A DNA stretch of 56,197 bases from Craspedostauros australis. Lineage: Eukaryota. The position numbers and the translations under genes were made by a program. Below, piece after piece: positions 22,501-33,574 of the stretch. Under the pieces are notes generated by a model, which saw only the letters and a program-made list of their open reading frames with translations, did no database searches and was not told where the DNA came from. Positions within the stretch are counted from its first letter, which is position 1; each line of letters opens with the position of its first letter. The DNA lies in the NCBI GenBank assembly GCA_030167865.1, contig JALAGF010005687.1, positions 1 to 56,197 on the forward strand, read 5' to 3'.

Positions 22501-25500
22501 TCATCGATGATGGACTGCATTTCGACGATCTTGGTGTTCAGTGAAACATGCTCTGCGGTGGCCATGTCTAATTGCTCGGTCTGGGTTTGCAGCTCGGTCG
22601 CGATGTTGGTGCGTTCGGCGGAGATCTCTTGCAGCTGCGACTTCGCATCCGTCAGTTCTGTCGCTTGCTTGTTCATCGCGGACTCGTACTCTTCGTTTTC
22701 TGATCGCAACTTGTTGCTAGCATCACGCAGCACGGAAAGCTCAACTTCAGCATTCTCGATGGTGTGCTGCAGTTCCTCACGCTCCGATTCCGCCCTCTGC
22801 GCAGATGCCTTCAGTTGTGCCTCGATGGTCGATTGCTCTGTCTTGGCTGTGCGCAATTCTGCCTCGGTCGTTGTCAACTGTGCCTTGCATTCCTGCAGTT
22901 CAGCTTGCAGAGCCTCGAGAGACTCGCAGGTCGTGGTGAGCTCTTGCTGCAGCGATTCGAGCTGTGCCTCCTTCTCCTTGATTGCATCGTTGAGGCTGCC
23001 TGCGTTCTGGGATGCCGTGGCCTGCGATGACTGCATGTGCTTGATGAGGTTGGTCTTCGCCGTCTCCAGCTGCATCAGCCTCTCCTCCATCTCGCACGCC
23101 ATCGTCTTGGACATCTCGAGCTCCATCTTCATGGCCGCCATGTCCCCGTCGAGCTTGTCGTTGTGGTTGGTCAGATCTTGAATCTTCTGCCCCAGCATCT
23201 GGTTCTCACCTTCCAGCTCTGTGCGACGCTCGTCGCTCTCCATGCATCTCACTTCGAGCTCCAGTCGCTGCTGCTGAATGTCGCTGCATTGCACCTCGTT
23301 CTTGTTGAGCTCTTCGCGGATCGCATCGATCTCACTGGTGAGTCGCGCCAGCTCTTCGCCATGTTGCTGTTCGGAAGCCTCAAGGGAGGATTCGTGATGT
23401 TTCTGCAAGTCGCGCAGCTCGGCCTCGAGTCGATCCACATCAAGTCTCAAATTCTCCTTCTGCTCCCTCAATGCCTTGATTTCGCTTTCGAGGGAGCGCT
23501 GGCTTTCATCGGCTGCGCTGCGAACCTTGGCGAGCTCCGCTACGGTGGATGAAACCTTCTGCTCCAGCGCCTGCTGAAGCCTGTCCTTCTCTTCGTTGAC
23601 ATCGGCGAGGTTCTTCTGCAGGTCGGTCCTGTCCGATTCCTGCGCTTCGAGGGCCACCTTGGCCTGGTTCAGCTCCTGCATGAGCTTGTGCTTGAGGTCG
23701 TTGACGTGGTTGAACTCGTCGGAAGAATTGCCGACGATCGTTTCTCCGATCTTCTTGGTGACGACGGATCCCAGTTGAAATGAGGAACTGGCCACAGCAG
23801 GGACGACCTTGGTTGCGACCGTCGCGCCGATCTGGTAGGATGACGATGCCACGGCTGGCACGACCTTCGTAGCGACGGCGTTGCCAAGCTGATAGGAAGA
23901 TGATGCGACAGCCGTGCCGACATTATTGTAGACAGCAGAGAACATGCGGGAGAAGAGCTTGTCGCCTTGCGCATCCTGGTTGTACAGCTCCTTGACACGG
24001 GATGGTGTGAAGGGTGATGATGACTGTGGTGATGACTGTGATGATGACTGTGATGATGATCGCGGTGGCGGCGGCGGCGATGAGAAGGTTGCGTGCCGTG
24101 GTGATGGACTGGTTCGCTTGTTCTGATGGAATGTTGAGGTAGGCGTCGGAACAGTAACGGGGCTTGTTCGAGGCTTGGGCGAGACCATGTTTGGCGTGTA
24201 GGGACTCAACGACAGGCGCTTTGCGACGTTGGCTTGTGTTGGAGTCGGAGCTGGAGGTGGACTTGTCATGAGTTGCTGCCTCTTGCTGTTGTTAGTGGAT
24301 GGCGTGAGCGATGGAGGCTGGTGTTTGCCAGTCGCAGTCGTATGGTTCTGCGGACTGACCTGGTGGTGTGGCGAATTCAGCACGGGTTTGGGGGGAGGAG
24401 CAGCAGCCACCGTGTGGTTGTTGTAGGGATAGAACGGGCTCTGTGCCAGCAAGACGAGATCCGTCGGTGATTTGATGAAGGTGAAGTCATGGCTGGATGA
24501 CTGCGGTGTCGAAGCAACAGCAGCAGGAGGAGGAGGAGGAGGCAGCGGTGATTGGCGTTGCGGTGAAACCGTCCCATCTCCATTCGCAGCGACGGACCCA
24601 TAACTGATGGGAATAGCAGACGGCCTCGATAAAGGCAAGAGCGGACCGGATTCCGCATCTGCTTGCGATGGTTGCTTTGGTTGCTGCGTATTGGCGGTTG
24701 CGTTCGTATCGGATTGGAAGCGTACTTTGAGGCTGGATTGCGCATCAAGGAACTCGCAATCCCAGACGGACTTGAAGACCAGCTCTCTGGTGGTGTGCGT
24801 CTGCTTGAGAAGCTGGAGCATGTCCTCGTATGTGTTCGCGACTGTCTCGAAGTTGGCGCCGGTCTTAACTGCGAGGACCAGGTCTCCCGGATTGATGCGA
24901 CCCGAGCACCTCGCCTGACCTGGGTCGTTGGGGCCGCCATCCACAAAGCGAACCACCCGGCATCCGTACTTGGGGTCTTCCTTGAGGGGCTCGAGCTGCA
25001 GACCGATGGAGCCAGAGTTGAAGACAACGGAGTACTCGATGCCGGATGTTGACGCAGGTGCTTTGTGCTGTGATGATCTGCTACCGGCATTGGCGCTCCT
25101 GCGACCCTGCGATGAATTGGATGGAACCGAGGATGGCGTTCTCCTCACGCGCACCACCTTCTTGGCTGTGGACTTTGCAGGCGTGCCATGAGGAACATTG
25201 GCAGACAGACGGGTTCCGAACTTGCGCTGTCCTCCCGTCGTCTTTTGGGGCTGCCGATTGTCGAAACAAGTGATAACAGTGGAGCCGTAGTTGAGTTGGG
25301 GATGAGATGGAGTGGAAGTAAGAGTGTGAGCATGAGTATAAGTATAAGTCTGAGTCTGTATGATGAGTTGGAATTGGAGTGGTAGTTGGAGACAAGACGG
25401 AGATGTGACAGGAAGCAAATCGATTGAAGCGAAGCATCGTCATCAGAACAATGAGCATGAGCATGAGCATGAGCATGAGGAAGCATGATGGCAACTCACA

Positions 25501-25556
25501 GTGATGATCCTTCCCTGCGCATCCTCATTCTCGGAGTGGACAGCCAGAGTCACCAT
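16557..25556 (-). CDS. Giant (~2900 aa) protein: N-terminal PDZ, Pro/Ser-rich linker and very long coiled coil (exons 25556-25500 and 25250-16557)
   Basis: 8.8-kb open frame. PDZ YSVVFNSGSIGLQLE...GRINPGDLVLAV followed by more than 2000 aa of E/Q/L/K heptad-rich sequence. A GTGAG donor at 25499 and CAG acceptor at 25251 join MVTLAVHSENEDAQGRIIT to PQKTTGG in phase 0. Confidence 0.88.
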
Positions 25557-26894
25557 GGTGGCTGTTGGTATTGTCGGTGCTGTCTGGTGTTGCCACTTCG
25601 GCCCTTGCTGTGGACAGAGTTGATCCTCAGCAAGTGATGGTATGGTGTGCAGGCCACTACCCTCCAGAGGGAGTCTTCGACTACAGTTGGAGCGTGGAGT
25701 GCTTGGACGGAGTGAGCTGCTTCTCTCCAATTATGCAGCCGGAGTAGCTCTTGCAGATCGTCGTCGTAAGATGGCAGGTGACGCAATCGATGAGTTATTA
25801 TAACAATAATACCCCGGTATCGTACAATCGCTTTCACACAAGATGGGATGAATGATGAATGATTGCTGGATGATGAAGATGGAAGAGGTGGTTGTTTGTG
25901 AATGATGATTCAAGTCTCCGAGGGTTCATCTGCTCCACTTCTCTCCATTTGTGGCATGCAGCAACACGCAGCTCATCGTCATGTCACATTCTGCGCTGCT
26001 ACTCCCGCCACTTCAGTTGAGTGCAACAGCATAGTCGGACTCGCATGGCACACATGCAAGCATAGTCGCAACGACCGGACTCCAATGTCATGTGGTGCTG
26101 GCAGATGCAACAATGGTGTGCGCGTATCCTTCTCTCTGACCTCTTTGTGGTCTTGGTTGGGGACACATTCTTCCCTCCGAACTCATCGTTGTCCACGCTC
26201 CGTGTTTGTACCGATGTTTCGTATCCGACCTTCTTGAATTGTATGTTTTGGTGGGAAGCTAAGTTTTTCAAATGAGCTGATGTGTCGCATACGACAACAC
26301 ACGAATCATGGGGATTGCCACTTTGTCACATTTTGGGAGCGTCGCATACAAGTGCCTTCAGTGTTTGCGCTTGACAAAGCGGTCCCTCATCCTTTGGAGC
26401 GGCGGAGTGTTTGGCAATTCAATCATCTATCATACCTATGGTACGTGTCGGAATGCTTTCTCGCGGTATCTGTCTTTGATGTTGGAGACAATATGATGCA
26501 ATACGATACGATACTCGTACGATAGTTCACAATGGCAGTGGCCGCAATTTTTGTGCCATGGAGGACGGAATGGCACAATGTGAGTTGGAAGTGCGGAGTG
26601 CAATATGGAGATGTCACAAGGACCACAAGGAGATGTCACATGCTTGGTGAATGGCATGCCGTGAGCAACACCTCGAAGGTGCATGTAATGCAATGTACGG
26701 ATTCACATGCACAGAGGTGATGATGAAGAGATGGAAGTCATGATGACAATCTGATGACGATGATGGTGACGAGGATGTCCCCATCTCCTCTCACAAAACC
26801 AAAGCCAAAACCAAAGCCAAAACCAAAGCAAAATCCAAAGCACAACACAGCACAGCACAACATATCGAAAGGAACGACTGCGACGAATCTCACC

Positions 26895-27515
26895 ATGCCA
26901 TCCACCACCGCCAACAAACTCTCCATCACGTGCGTCATGCTCATCGGCATCATGACCGCGTCCTCCGCGTTGGCTCATACTCGGGGGCAGCTCAAGAGGC
27001 GCAACACTGAGATGCTGAAGAAGCACAGACGCACCGCCAAGGAAGGCAAGGGAACCAGCAAGAGCGGCAGCGGCAAAGGCAAGGGCACCAACATCATCGT
27101 CGATCCCGTCGTCGATCCCATTGTTGATCCCATCGTCGAGCCGATCGTGAACGACGACGCCGATGGCAGCAACGACGGCAGCCTGCTGGATCACATCTGC
27201 CAGCTCTACGTCGCGTTCCAAACGCACGGCGAGCAATCGGTAGGATACAACAGCACCGCCATCGAGTGGTTCCAGTTCTGCGACGTCGCCACGCAACACC
27301 ACTTCCTGTGCCCCAACTCCTACGAGGAGTCCAAGGTCTGCGCCTCCAACGTGACGTCCATGGAGACCGCCGTGCATGACGGGTACTGCGAGCCGCTGTT
27401 CCTGGACATGGAGGATGGCGCTGCGACGCACAACCGCACCAGCTGTATCGAGTCCTGCGTCAGCTTTGTCGCCACCACCAAGGGAGACTGCTGCAACCTC
27501 GTTTGTTACAATTGA
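26895..27515 (+). CDS. Secreted protein with a Lys/Gly/Ser-rich segment, VDP repeats and a 10-Cys C-terminal domain
   Basis: Signal peptide (...IMTASSALA), KEGKGTSKSGSGKGKG, IVDPVVDPIVDPIVEP, 10 Cys in the last ~105 aa, three N-glycosylation sequons (NST, NVT, NRT), strong coding codon bias. Confidence 0.8.
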   Translation: MPSTTANKLSITCVMLIGIMTASSALAHTRGQLKRRNTEMLKKHRRTAKEGKGTSKSGSGKGKGTNIIVDPVVDPIVDPIVEPIVNDDADGSNDGSLLDHICQLYVAFQTHGEQSVGYNSTAIEWFQFCDVATQHHFLCPNSYEESKVCASNVTSMETAVHDGYCEPLFLDMEDGAATHNRTSCIESCVSFVATTKGDCCNLVCYN

Positions 27516-28233
27516 CGAAGATGATGGTTGGATCGGATTGAATTGGATTGCACTGACGGACCCCGATGGATACCGACGGATGCAAAGACAGAGACAGAGA
27601 CGCGGTCATTCATGGCGCCGCAGCACACATGAAGATGGTTTTCGCCACGGTGTGCGAGTGTCGAGTGCGAACGATAATCCAATAAGACAGTAATGAGTGT
27701 AGTAGCGAGAAAACGAAGACTACACGGCGACGTACAGATAATGTAGCAACAGAGTCGCAACCGAGTACACAGGCAACGCTCATCTCATTCTCCACCCTTT
27801 GTCTGTGTTGTGTGCTTGTGGACCCCGCGCTCTGATCCTGTTTGTTCCGTTGTGGTCATTCCGGTATCTTTCGTCTGTTTTCGACTCCTTCGAATGCTTT
27901 TCTGCAACAAGAACGAAAACGAAAACGAAAACAACACGATCAGCAACACCAACAACACCAAGAACCACAGCGAAAAAGCCTCCACCATGGCGCAAACTGC
28001 CGCCGAGAGCGCCCTTGATCGCAACGGATCTTGCTCCCTTGGTACGAACCATGATACGAGGCGGACGCACTTCGCATCTCCCCCAATTCTCGCACAGCAG
28101 ATTTGTCTTCTCGTGACTAACCAATTGACCAACCAATTGACTGCAGCACAGTGACACAAAGGCAAGACAATCATTACGAGTGTCGATCCAGAGAGTAAGA
28201 CCAGAGGAGCACGAGCAAGACCAATCTCCCAAA

Positions 28234-30075
28234 ATGTCAGGGAAATCGCCGCCGCCTCCCCCTCCTCCTCCTCCACCGCCGCCGCCGCCTCCAGCACATC
28301 CTTTGTCTCAACCGCAGGCACCGTATGGTTCCACTCCCACCAACCCCGCCGTTGCACCGGTCGGTGTCGCCATCGGCGCTCCTCCGGCCATCCCTGTCGA
28401 GCCGCCGCAATCGGCAGTGCCCACACTCACCGTGACGAGGCAGCCCAAGCTGACGGAGAACTTCGGCAACATCTACGTGGGAGAGACGTTCCGGGTGCTG
28501 CTGGAGATCAAGAATACATCCAACGTGCTCTCCATCCTCAAGCTCACGGTCAACGCGCAGATGCAGACCCCCACGCAGAGATGGAATCTATCCACGACAG
28601 TCGATGAGTGAGTTCAACACTATTGTATTGTGCATTGTTCATTGTGCATTGTGCATTGGTACTCTAGTTCAATTCGTCTTGTCTTGTCCTGTCTTGTTCT
28701 GCATGTTTCTTGGAGGGTCATTTGACGACGACGACGACGACAATCGCTGCTGCTGCTACCTTCACCATCATGCTAACCGAAATCGTCTGTTCTGCTCTAC
28801 TTTACTCTATCATTGCTCGATGTTCAATGTTCATTGTTCAATATTGGGACTGTCATGGTACTACCAATACGCGGCATGGTGGATGATGGATGATGGAAGC
28901 GCAGAGCAAATGCCAATGGTGGAGTGGAGGTGACGCCGGGCTCCAAGACGGACACGCTCGTTAGCCACACTTTGTCAGAAATGGGACAGCACATCCTCCG
29001 AGTGGAGATGGGTTACGGTGAACAACCTCGCAAGACCCTGCGGAAGTTCTATCGCTTTCCGGTCCTCATGCCGTTCAATATGCGCGCGATCCCTTGGCGG
29101 ACGAGCGATAGCAGCTGCGTGCTTGCGGTCACCTTGGAGAACAACTTGGAGGAGGCAATGGAGATGCAGCTTACATCTGTAGGATTCGAAGCTGCTGCGT
29201 CGGAAACCATGTCAGTGGAGCGCGTGCAGAACAAAAAGCAGGTCGGCGGCGGTTTTAATCCCGGTGCTGGTACAGGTACTGGAACTGGTATAGTTGCGGC
29301 GTCCACCAAAGCAGCCACATCCAATGACTTTGCCTGCGATGAAACATTTACCGTCGGTCGTCAAATCAGACATCTGTTTCAGCTGCAAGCCACAGCACCA
29401 GCTGAGACTTCTGCCGCACCAGCATCGCAGCATGGAATAGCCGGTGGCGATACTCTGGGCCATGTAGTTGTGACGTGGACGAAAAGCAAAGGCGAAATGG
29501 GACGTTTCGTTTCGCAACCGATTGTCTGCCCGCCCCTGGCGCCGATGGTGGACCTCAATGATCCGAGCTCGACCATGACCGGTGGCAACCAGCCATTCGT
29601 ATCATATCTGAAGGGAGGCAGCGCACTGTCCGTCGATGTGGCCGCATCGGCGGCCGCTGCTGCCGTCGCCAACGTCACAGGACAGCAGAACAAAGCTGTC
29701 ACGTCACGGCAGCACCACCGACTAGAGCAGCTGCTGCCGATCACCGTCGAGGCCATCGACCCGCCCACCACCATCCCGGTCTCCACACCGCAGGAGTTCA
29801 AGTTCCTCATCGTCAATCATTCCACCCAACCGCGCGACGTGCAGCTCCAGTTCCGTCTGGACCACATGAACGGGCTGGCCATCTGCGGATCGAGCTTTCA
29901 GAATCTCGACACCATCGGCCCCAACGGCGGCAGTATCGTGGTCACCAGCAGGTTCCTCGCCCTCAACGAAGGTGTGCTCCGCTTGCAGGGCTGCTGCGTC
30001 GTCGACATGGGCACCGGCATGCACATGGCGCAGCCGCCCTTGCTCAATGTACTGGCCGAGAAGCACTCGCAATGA
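28234..30075 (+). CDS. TRAPPC13: Trafficking protein particle complex subunit 13 (DUF974) (exons 28234-28607, 28905-30075)
   Basis: LTENFGNIYVGETF, VNAQMQTPTQR, VSHTLSEMGQHILRV, LRKFYRFPV and LGHVVVTW..KGEMGR. The GT..AG intron 28608-28904 restores the frame. Confidence 0.88.
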
Positions 30076-31645
30076 TGATGATCGATGATAGCGGTGGGAG
30101 TACTCCACATATGCACGTACCAGTACTCGCAGCTGGCAGCTCATACCTCGTAGCTAGTGGATGTTGTAGGTTGTAGGTACCATACTAAAATGCGGTACAA
30201 TGGAGGAGAGCATTGAGCCATGCGTGATTGCGCCGCGGGAGAGAAAAAGTAGCACGTTGCGACATCGGCAAGCAACTTGATTCCTTCCCTTCTTTCAGTT
30301 GACGCGATGCGCGAAATGGGGAATGCGGACTGACGAACTCATATCTCTATGTTCGCTTGTAGACTGTTTCGTTTCAAATCATATCCACGAATGGAAATTC
30401 TGCGTGGCGCTTCAGCGATGGAGGAACTCACTAAATTTGAAAGTGAGAGCAGGCACAACAAATGCCGTAAACAGCGTGCGAGCCTGCCTGATGGGACATG
30501 ACACGAATACAATCATCTGCGACGTTGGTTGGAACTTGGGAAATATTTTTAGTATTAAGAACTGTATACGATGAATAAAATATGATAAGATTAGGCCATG
30601 AATACAACAAAAATTTAACGGATAGGTCGTGACGGAGGCGTGGTGTTATTTTCCGTTTCTTTTTTGCCGAGAAGCGTGGCGAAGTCAGGAGTTGGTTGAA
30701 TGAGGAAGGAAATGAGGAGAAGTGGCCGCCCGCTCCTTCCGTTGTGGAAGTTCGTGTGGGAAGAGTCATGGTGGAGTTGTTGGCGTTGGTGGTGTCGGTG
30801 GCGTCGATGGTGTGGATGGTCCGGATGGTGCGAATCATGTTCCCATACTCCAACAAAAACATCATCTGCACAGACGGACGCAAATAACAAACCACAAACC
30901 GATTGGTAAGCTAGTCGCACGTGATGGAAGTCACGAGAGGGAACACGATGCGACGTGATGAGATGCGTTGCGATGCCATCATCACCTGCGCTCATGGGAG
31001 TACATCGGTGTTGGTCGAAGGCGAAAGTCGAGACAGGCAGCAGCTGGATATCATGCCCAGCAGATCAACGTCTTCGCGCGACCATGACGGCTGGCAATGA
31101 ACCTGATCACTGTCCACCCGAAAGGAAAAATATGATTTCTCGTCACAGGGCAATGACTTTGGCACCGTGCCAGGTGTTGGAACAAGCTGGGGCGCCATTG
31201 TGAGAGCTGCGAAGGTGGACGATGGACGATCGATAAAGGCGTACTCTGTTACGCACAGATTTGGTCGCAATCGTTCGGTTCAGCCTGGCGGTATCGACCA
31301 ACAATATGATGGTACCAGCGGTAGCTCCATCCGGCAAGCACACGAGCCATCCACCAAGTGCATTGCCCCCTGCGCTTGGATGTTCAGATCTCGACCGTGG
31401 AAGCCACCGAGCAGGGTTGCGCCATCCCAAATCACCACCGACCTTGCCACAGCGACTCGCCATTGTGGTGTACATTGTATGACTTGGCAGTGCCGGGTTG
31501 CGATTGCATGCGATGCGCAAAACAATATTCGAAGCTCACGATTGCTCACAAACCCCACTTTCGTTTGCGCTTGCGTTCGCGGAACTACTCCTCTAACTTA
31601 TCCTCTTCTTCCAAATCATCTCGAATCGCATCACACAGGTGCAAG

Positions 31646-33574
31646 ATGAGTACTGAGCAACGAAAGCCGATGTCGAGCCTCCGCCGATGGGGACCAGCCA
31701 TGGTCGCCATCTTCGGAGTGATCGCCCTTAATGCCGCATTCTTCGGACCAACCGGATCTAAGATGCCAGACCTGTCCCAGGAGAGCCGCCTGCACCGCGC
31801 ACTTGCCGAGAAGCGCACCCAGGAGGTGGTCGCCATGGCGCCATCCGCAGATGATGCTGCCCTGAGACACGGATTTGGAAGCCGCAACCTCTCCGAAGAG
31901 GAAGGTGGTGTCATGGAGTACACTCGCCGCCGCCACCGTTACCTCGGAGAATACGTGCACAAGGATGTCTCTGATGACTTCTCCAGCCTCGGAAAGTGGA
32001 CCATCTCCCTGATCTACTTCGCCTACTGGGTCTTCCTCATGTTCCCCAACTGGTTCCTTCCAATTGGCCGCCCGGGTATCGCCCTTGGAGGTGGTCTCAC
32101 CATGGTTGTCTGGAGATTCGTCCTGCAGCAGATGGGACAGGGACCATTCTTCGATGCCGAGCGCGTGATCATCATGGAACCGCTTTTCTTGCTTTTCGGT
32201 CTCATGCTTACCACCATCTACCTCGAGAAGATGGAGCGTGGAGGTCTCTTCGACAAGCTCCGCGATTCCCTTGACGACCCAGTCAACTGGAAGCGATCCT
32301 CCAAGATCATGATCATGTCCACCATCGGGTCCGCCGCCGTCATGAACGATTCCGTCGTCCTCATCTTCTCCGGAGTCGTCGTCGACCTCTGCGTTCGTCA
32401 CAAGGTCGCAAACTCGCTCCCATACCTTCTGTCCCTCGCCACCACCGCCAACATCGGATCTGCGTTGACCCTGACCGGAAACCCACAGAACATCCTCATC
32501 GTCTCCCTCGCCTACGACGACATCGGTTGGTTGGAGTTCGCCATGAACATGTTCCTCCCAGTCCTTGCCGCCACCCTCATCAACTTCGCCATCATGTTCA
32601 TGTACTATGGAGCCGAGCTCTTCCCAGGTTCATCCGGAATTGGCGAGAACGTTCGCATCATCGCCATGGGTCACCGCACGCCAGAGATGCTCGCACAGGA
32701 GCACGCCTACTACGCCCGCCAGGCCGCCGCCAACGAAGGCAAGCCAGAGGAGGAGGAATCCACCTCGTGGACACTCTGGTCCAGACTCCAGGTCCTCGTC
32801 TGCATCGTTTTCCTCGGCTGCTTCGCTTACGGACTTGATGTCTGCGTCGTCTCCATCACTGCTGGAGCCATCCTCATGGTCATGGCCTCGTACAAGCGTC
32901 AGCACTACGATCCACGCCCAGAGAACACCCAGTACGATGCCGAGGGCAACCCGCTCCCAGCCAAGAAGACCTACGACATGGATGGAAACGAGATCGAGCC
33001 AGAAGACGAGGAGCTCGTCACCGAATCCGAGACCACCCTCACCGAGGTCGACTACGGACTCCTCATGCTTTTCATCGGACAGTTCTTGCTCATCGGATCC
33101 TTCAACGACACCGGTGTTCCACAGGCATTCTTCAACTTCACCATGGGTGGATGCAAGGAGTCCATGACCGAGGGATACTGCGTCTACTGGTTCGTCCTCA
33201 TCATCACCATCCTCTCCAACATCGCCTCCAACGTCCCTGTCTGCCAGATGCTCGCCGCCACCTTCCCATACGCCACTCCATACGACTGGCTGCAGGTGTC
33301 CTTCTCCGCCACCATCGCTGGAAACCTGACCATGCTCGGATCGGCTGCCAACATGATCGTCGCCTTCCAGGCCGCCAAGATCGGAGACCGTACCTTCACA
33401 TCGGAGCGCCATGCTCCATTCGGTATCCCATCCACCATCGCGTGTCTGTACGCCGGAACCTTCCTGTTGACCACCTTCAACAACATCCCGAAGTGCTCGG
33501 AAAAGCTCGAGAACTGCGAGGGCCAGGACAACTACGGCATGACAGCCGAGGAGATCGTTGCCGCTCAAGAGTAA
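31646..33574 (+). CDS. LSI2: Lsi2-like silicon (metalloid) efflux transporter, ArsB/CitMHS (IT) superfamily, with N-terminal anchor and RXL-containing extension
   Basis: Motifs match plant Lsi2: LPIGRPGIALGG, LFLLFGLM, YLLSLATTANIGSALTLTGNPQNILI, VDYGLLMLFIGQF, ILSNIASNVP, ATIAGNLTMLGSAANMIV. About 11-12 hydrophobic segments; intronless with strong codon bias. Confidence 0.88.
   Translation: MSTEQRKPMSSLRRWGPAMVAIFGVIALNAAFFGPTGSKMPDLSQESRLHRALAEKRTQEVVAMAPSADDAALRHGFGSRNLSEEEGGVMEYTRRRHRYLGEYVHKDVSDDFSSLGKWTISLIYFAYWVFLMFPNWFLPIGRPGIALGGGLTMVVWRFVLQQMGQGPFFDAERVIIMEPLFLLFGLMLTTIYLEKMERGGLFDKLRDSLDDPVNWKRSSKIMIMSTIGSAAVMNDSVVLIFSGVVVDLCVRHKVANSLPYLLSLATTANIGSALTLTGNPQNILIVSLAYDDIGWLEFAMNMFLPVLAATLINFAIMFMYYGAELFPGSSGIGENVRIIAMGHRTPEMLAQEHAYYARQAAANEGKPEEEESTSWTLWSRLQVLVCIVFLGCFAYGLDVCVVSITAGAILMVMASYKRQHYDPRPENTQYDAEGNPLPAKKTYDMDGNEIEPEDEELVTESETTLTEVDYGLLMLFIGQFLLIGSFNDTGVPQAFFNFTMGGCKESMTEGYCVYWFVLIITILSNIASNVPVCQMLAATFPYATPYDWLQVSFSATIAGNLTMLGSAANMIVAFQAAKIGDRTFTSERHAPFGIPSTIACLYAGTFLLTTFNNIPKCSEKLENCEGQDNYGMTAEEIVAAQE

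Noticed and set aside
30100..31640. Shared TTTCACG motif upstream of the Lsi2-like gene
   Set aside because: Only scattered CGTGA/TCACG pentamers were seen and no TTTCACG, so there is no sequence support for a common SIT/Lsi2 element.
31358..31645. 96-aa N-terminal extension of the Lsi2 ORF
   Set aside because: It has a non-ATG start and non-coding composition; codon bias begins at ATG 31646.
32630..33568. Long antisense ORFs opposite Lsi2 (also opposite SIT, UFL1, CCT and ankyrin genes)
   Set aside because: These are expected by-products of codon bias on the sense strand; no recognisable domains.
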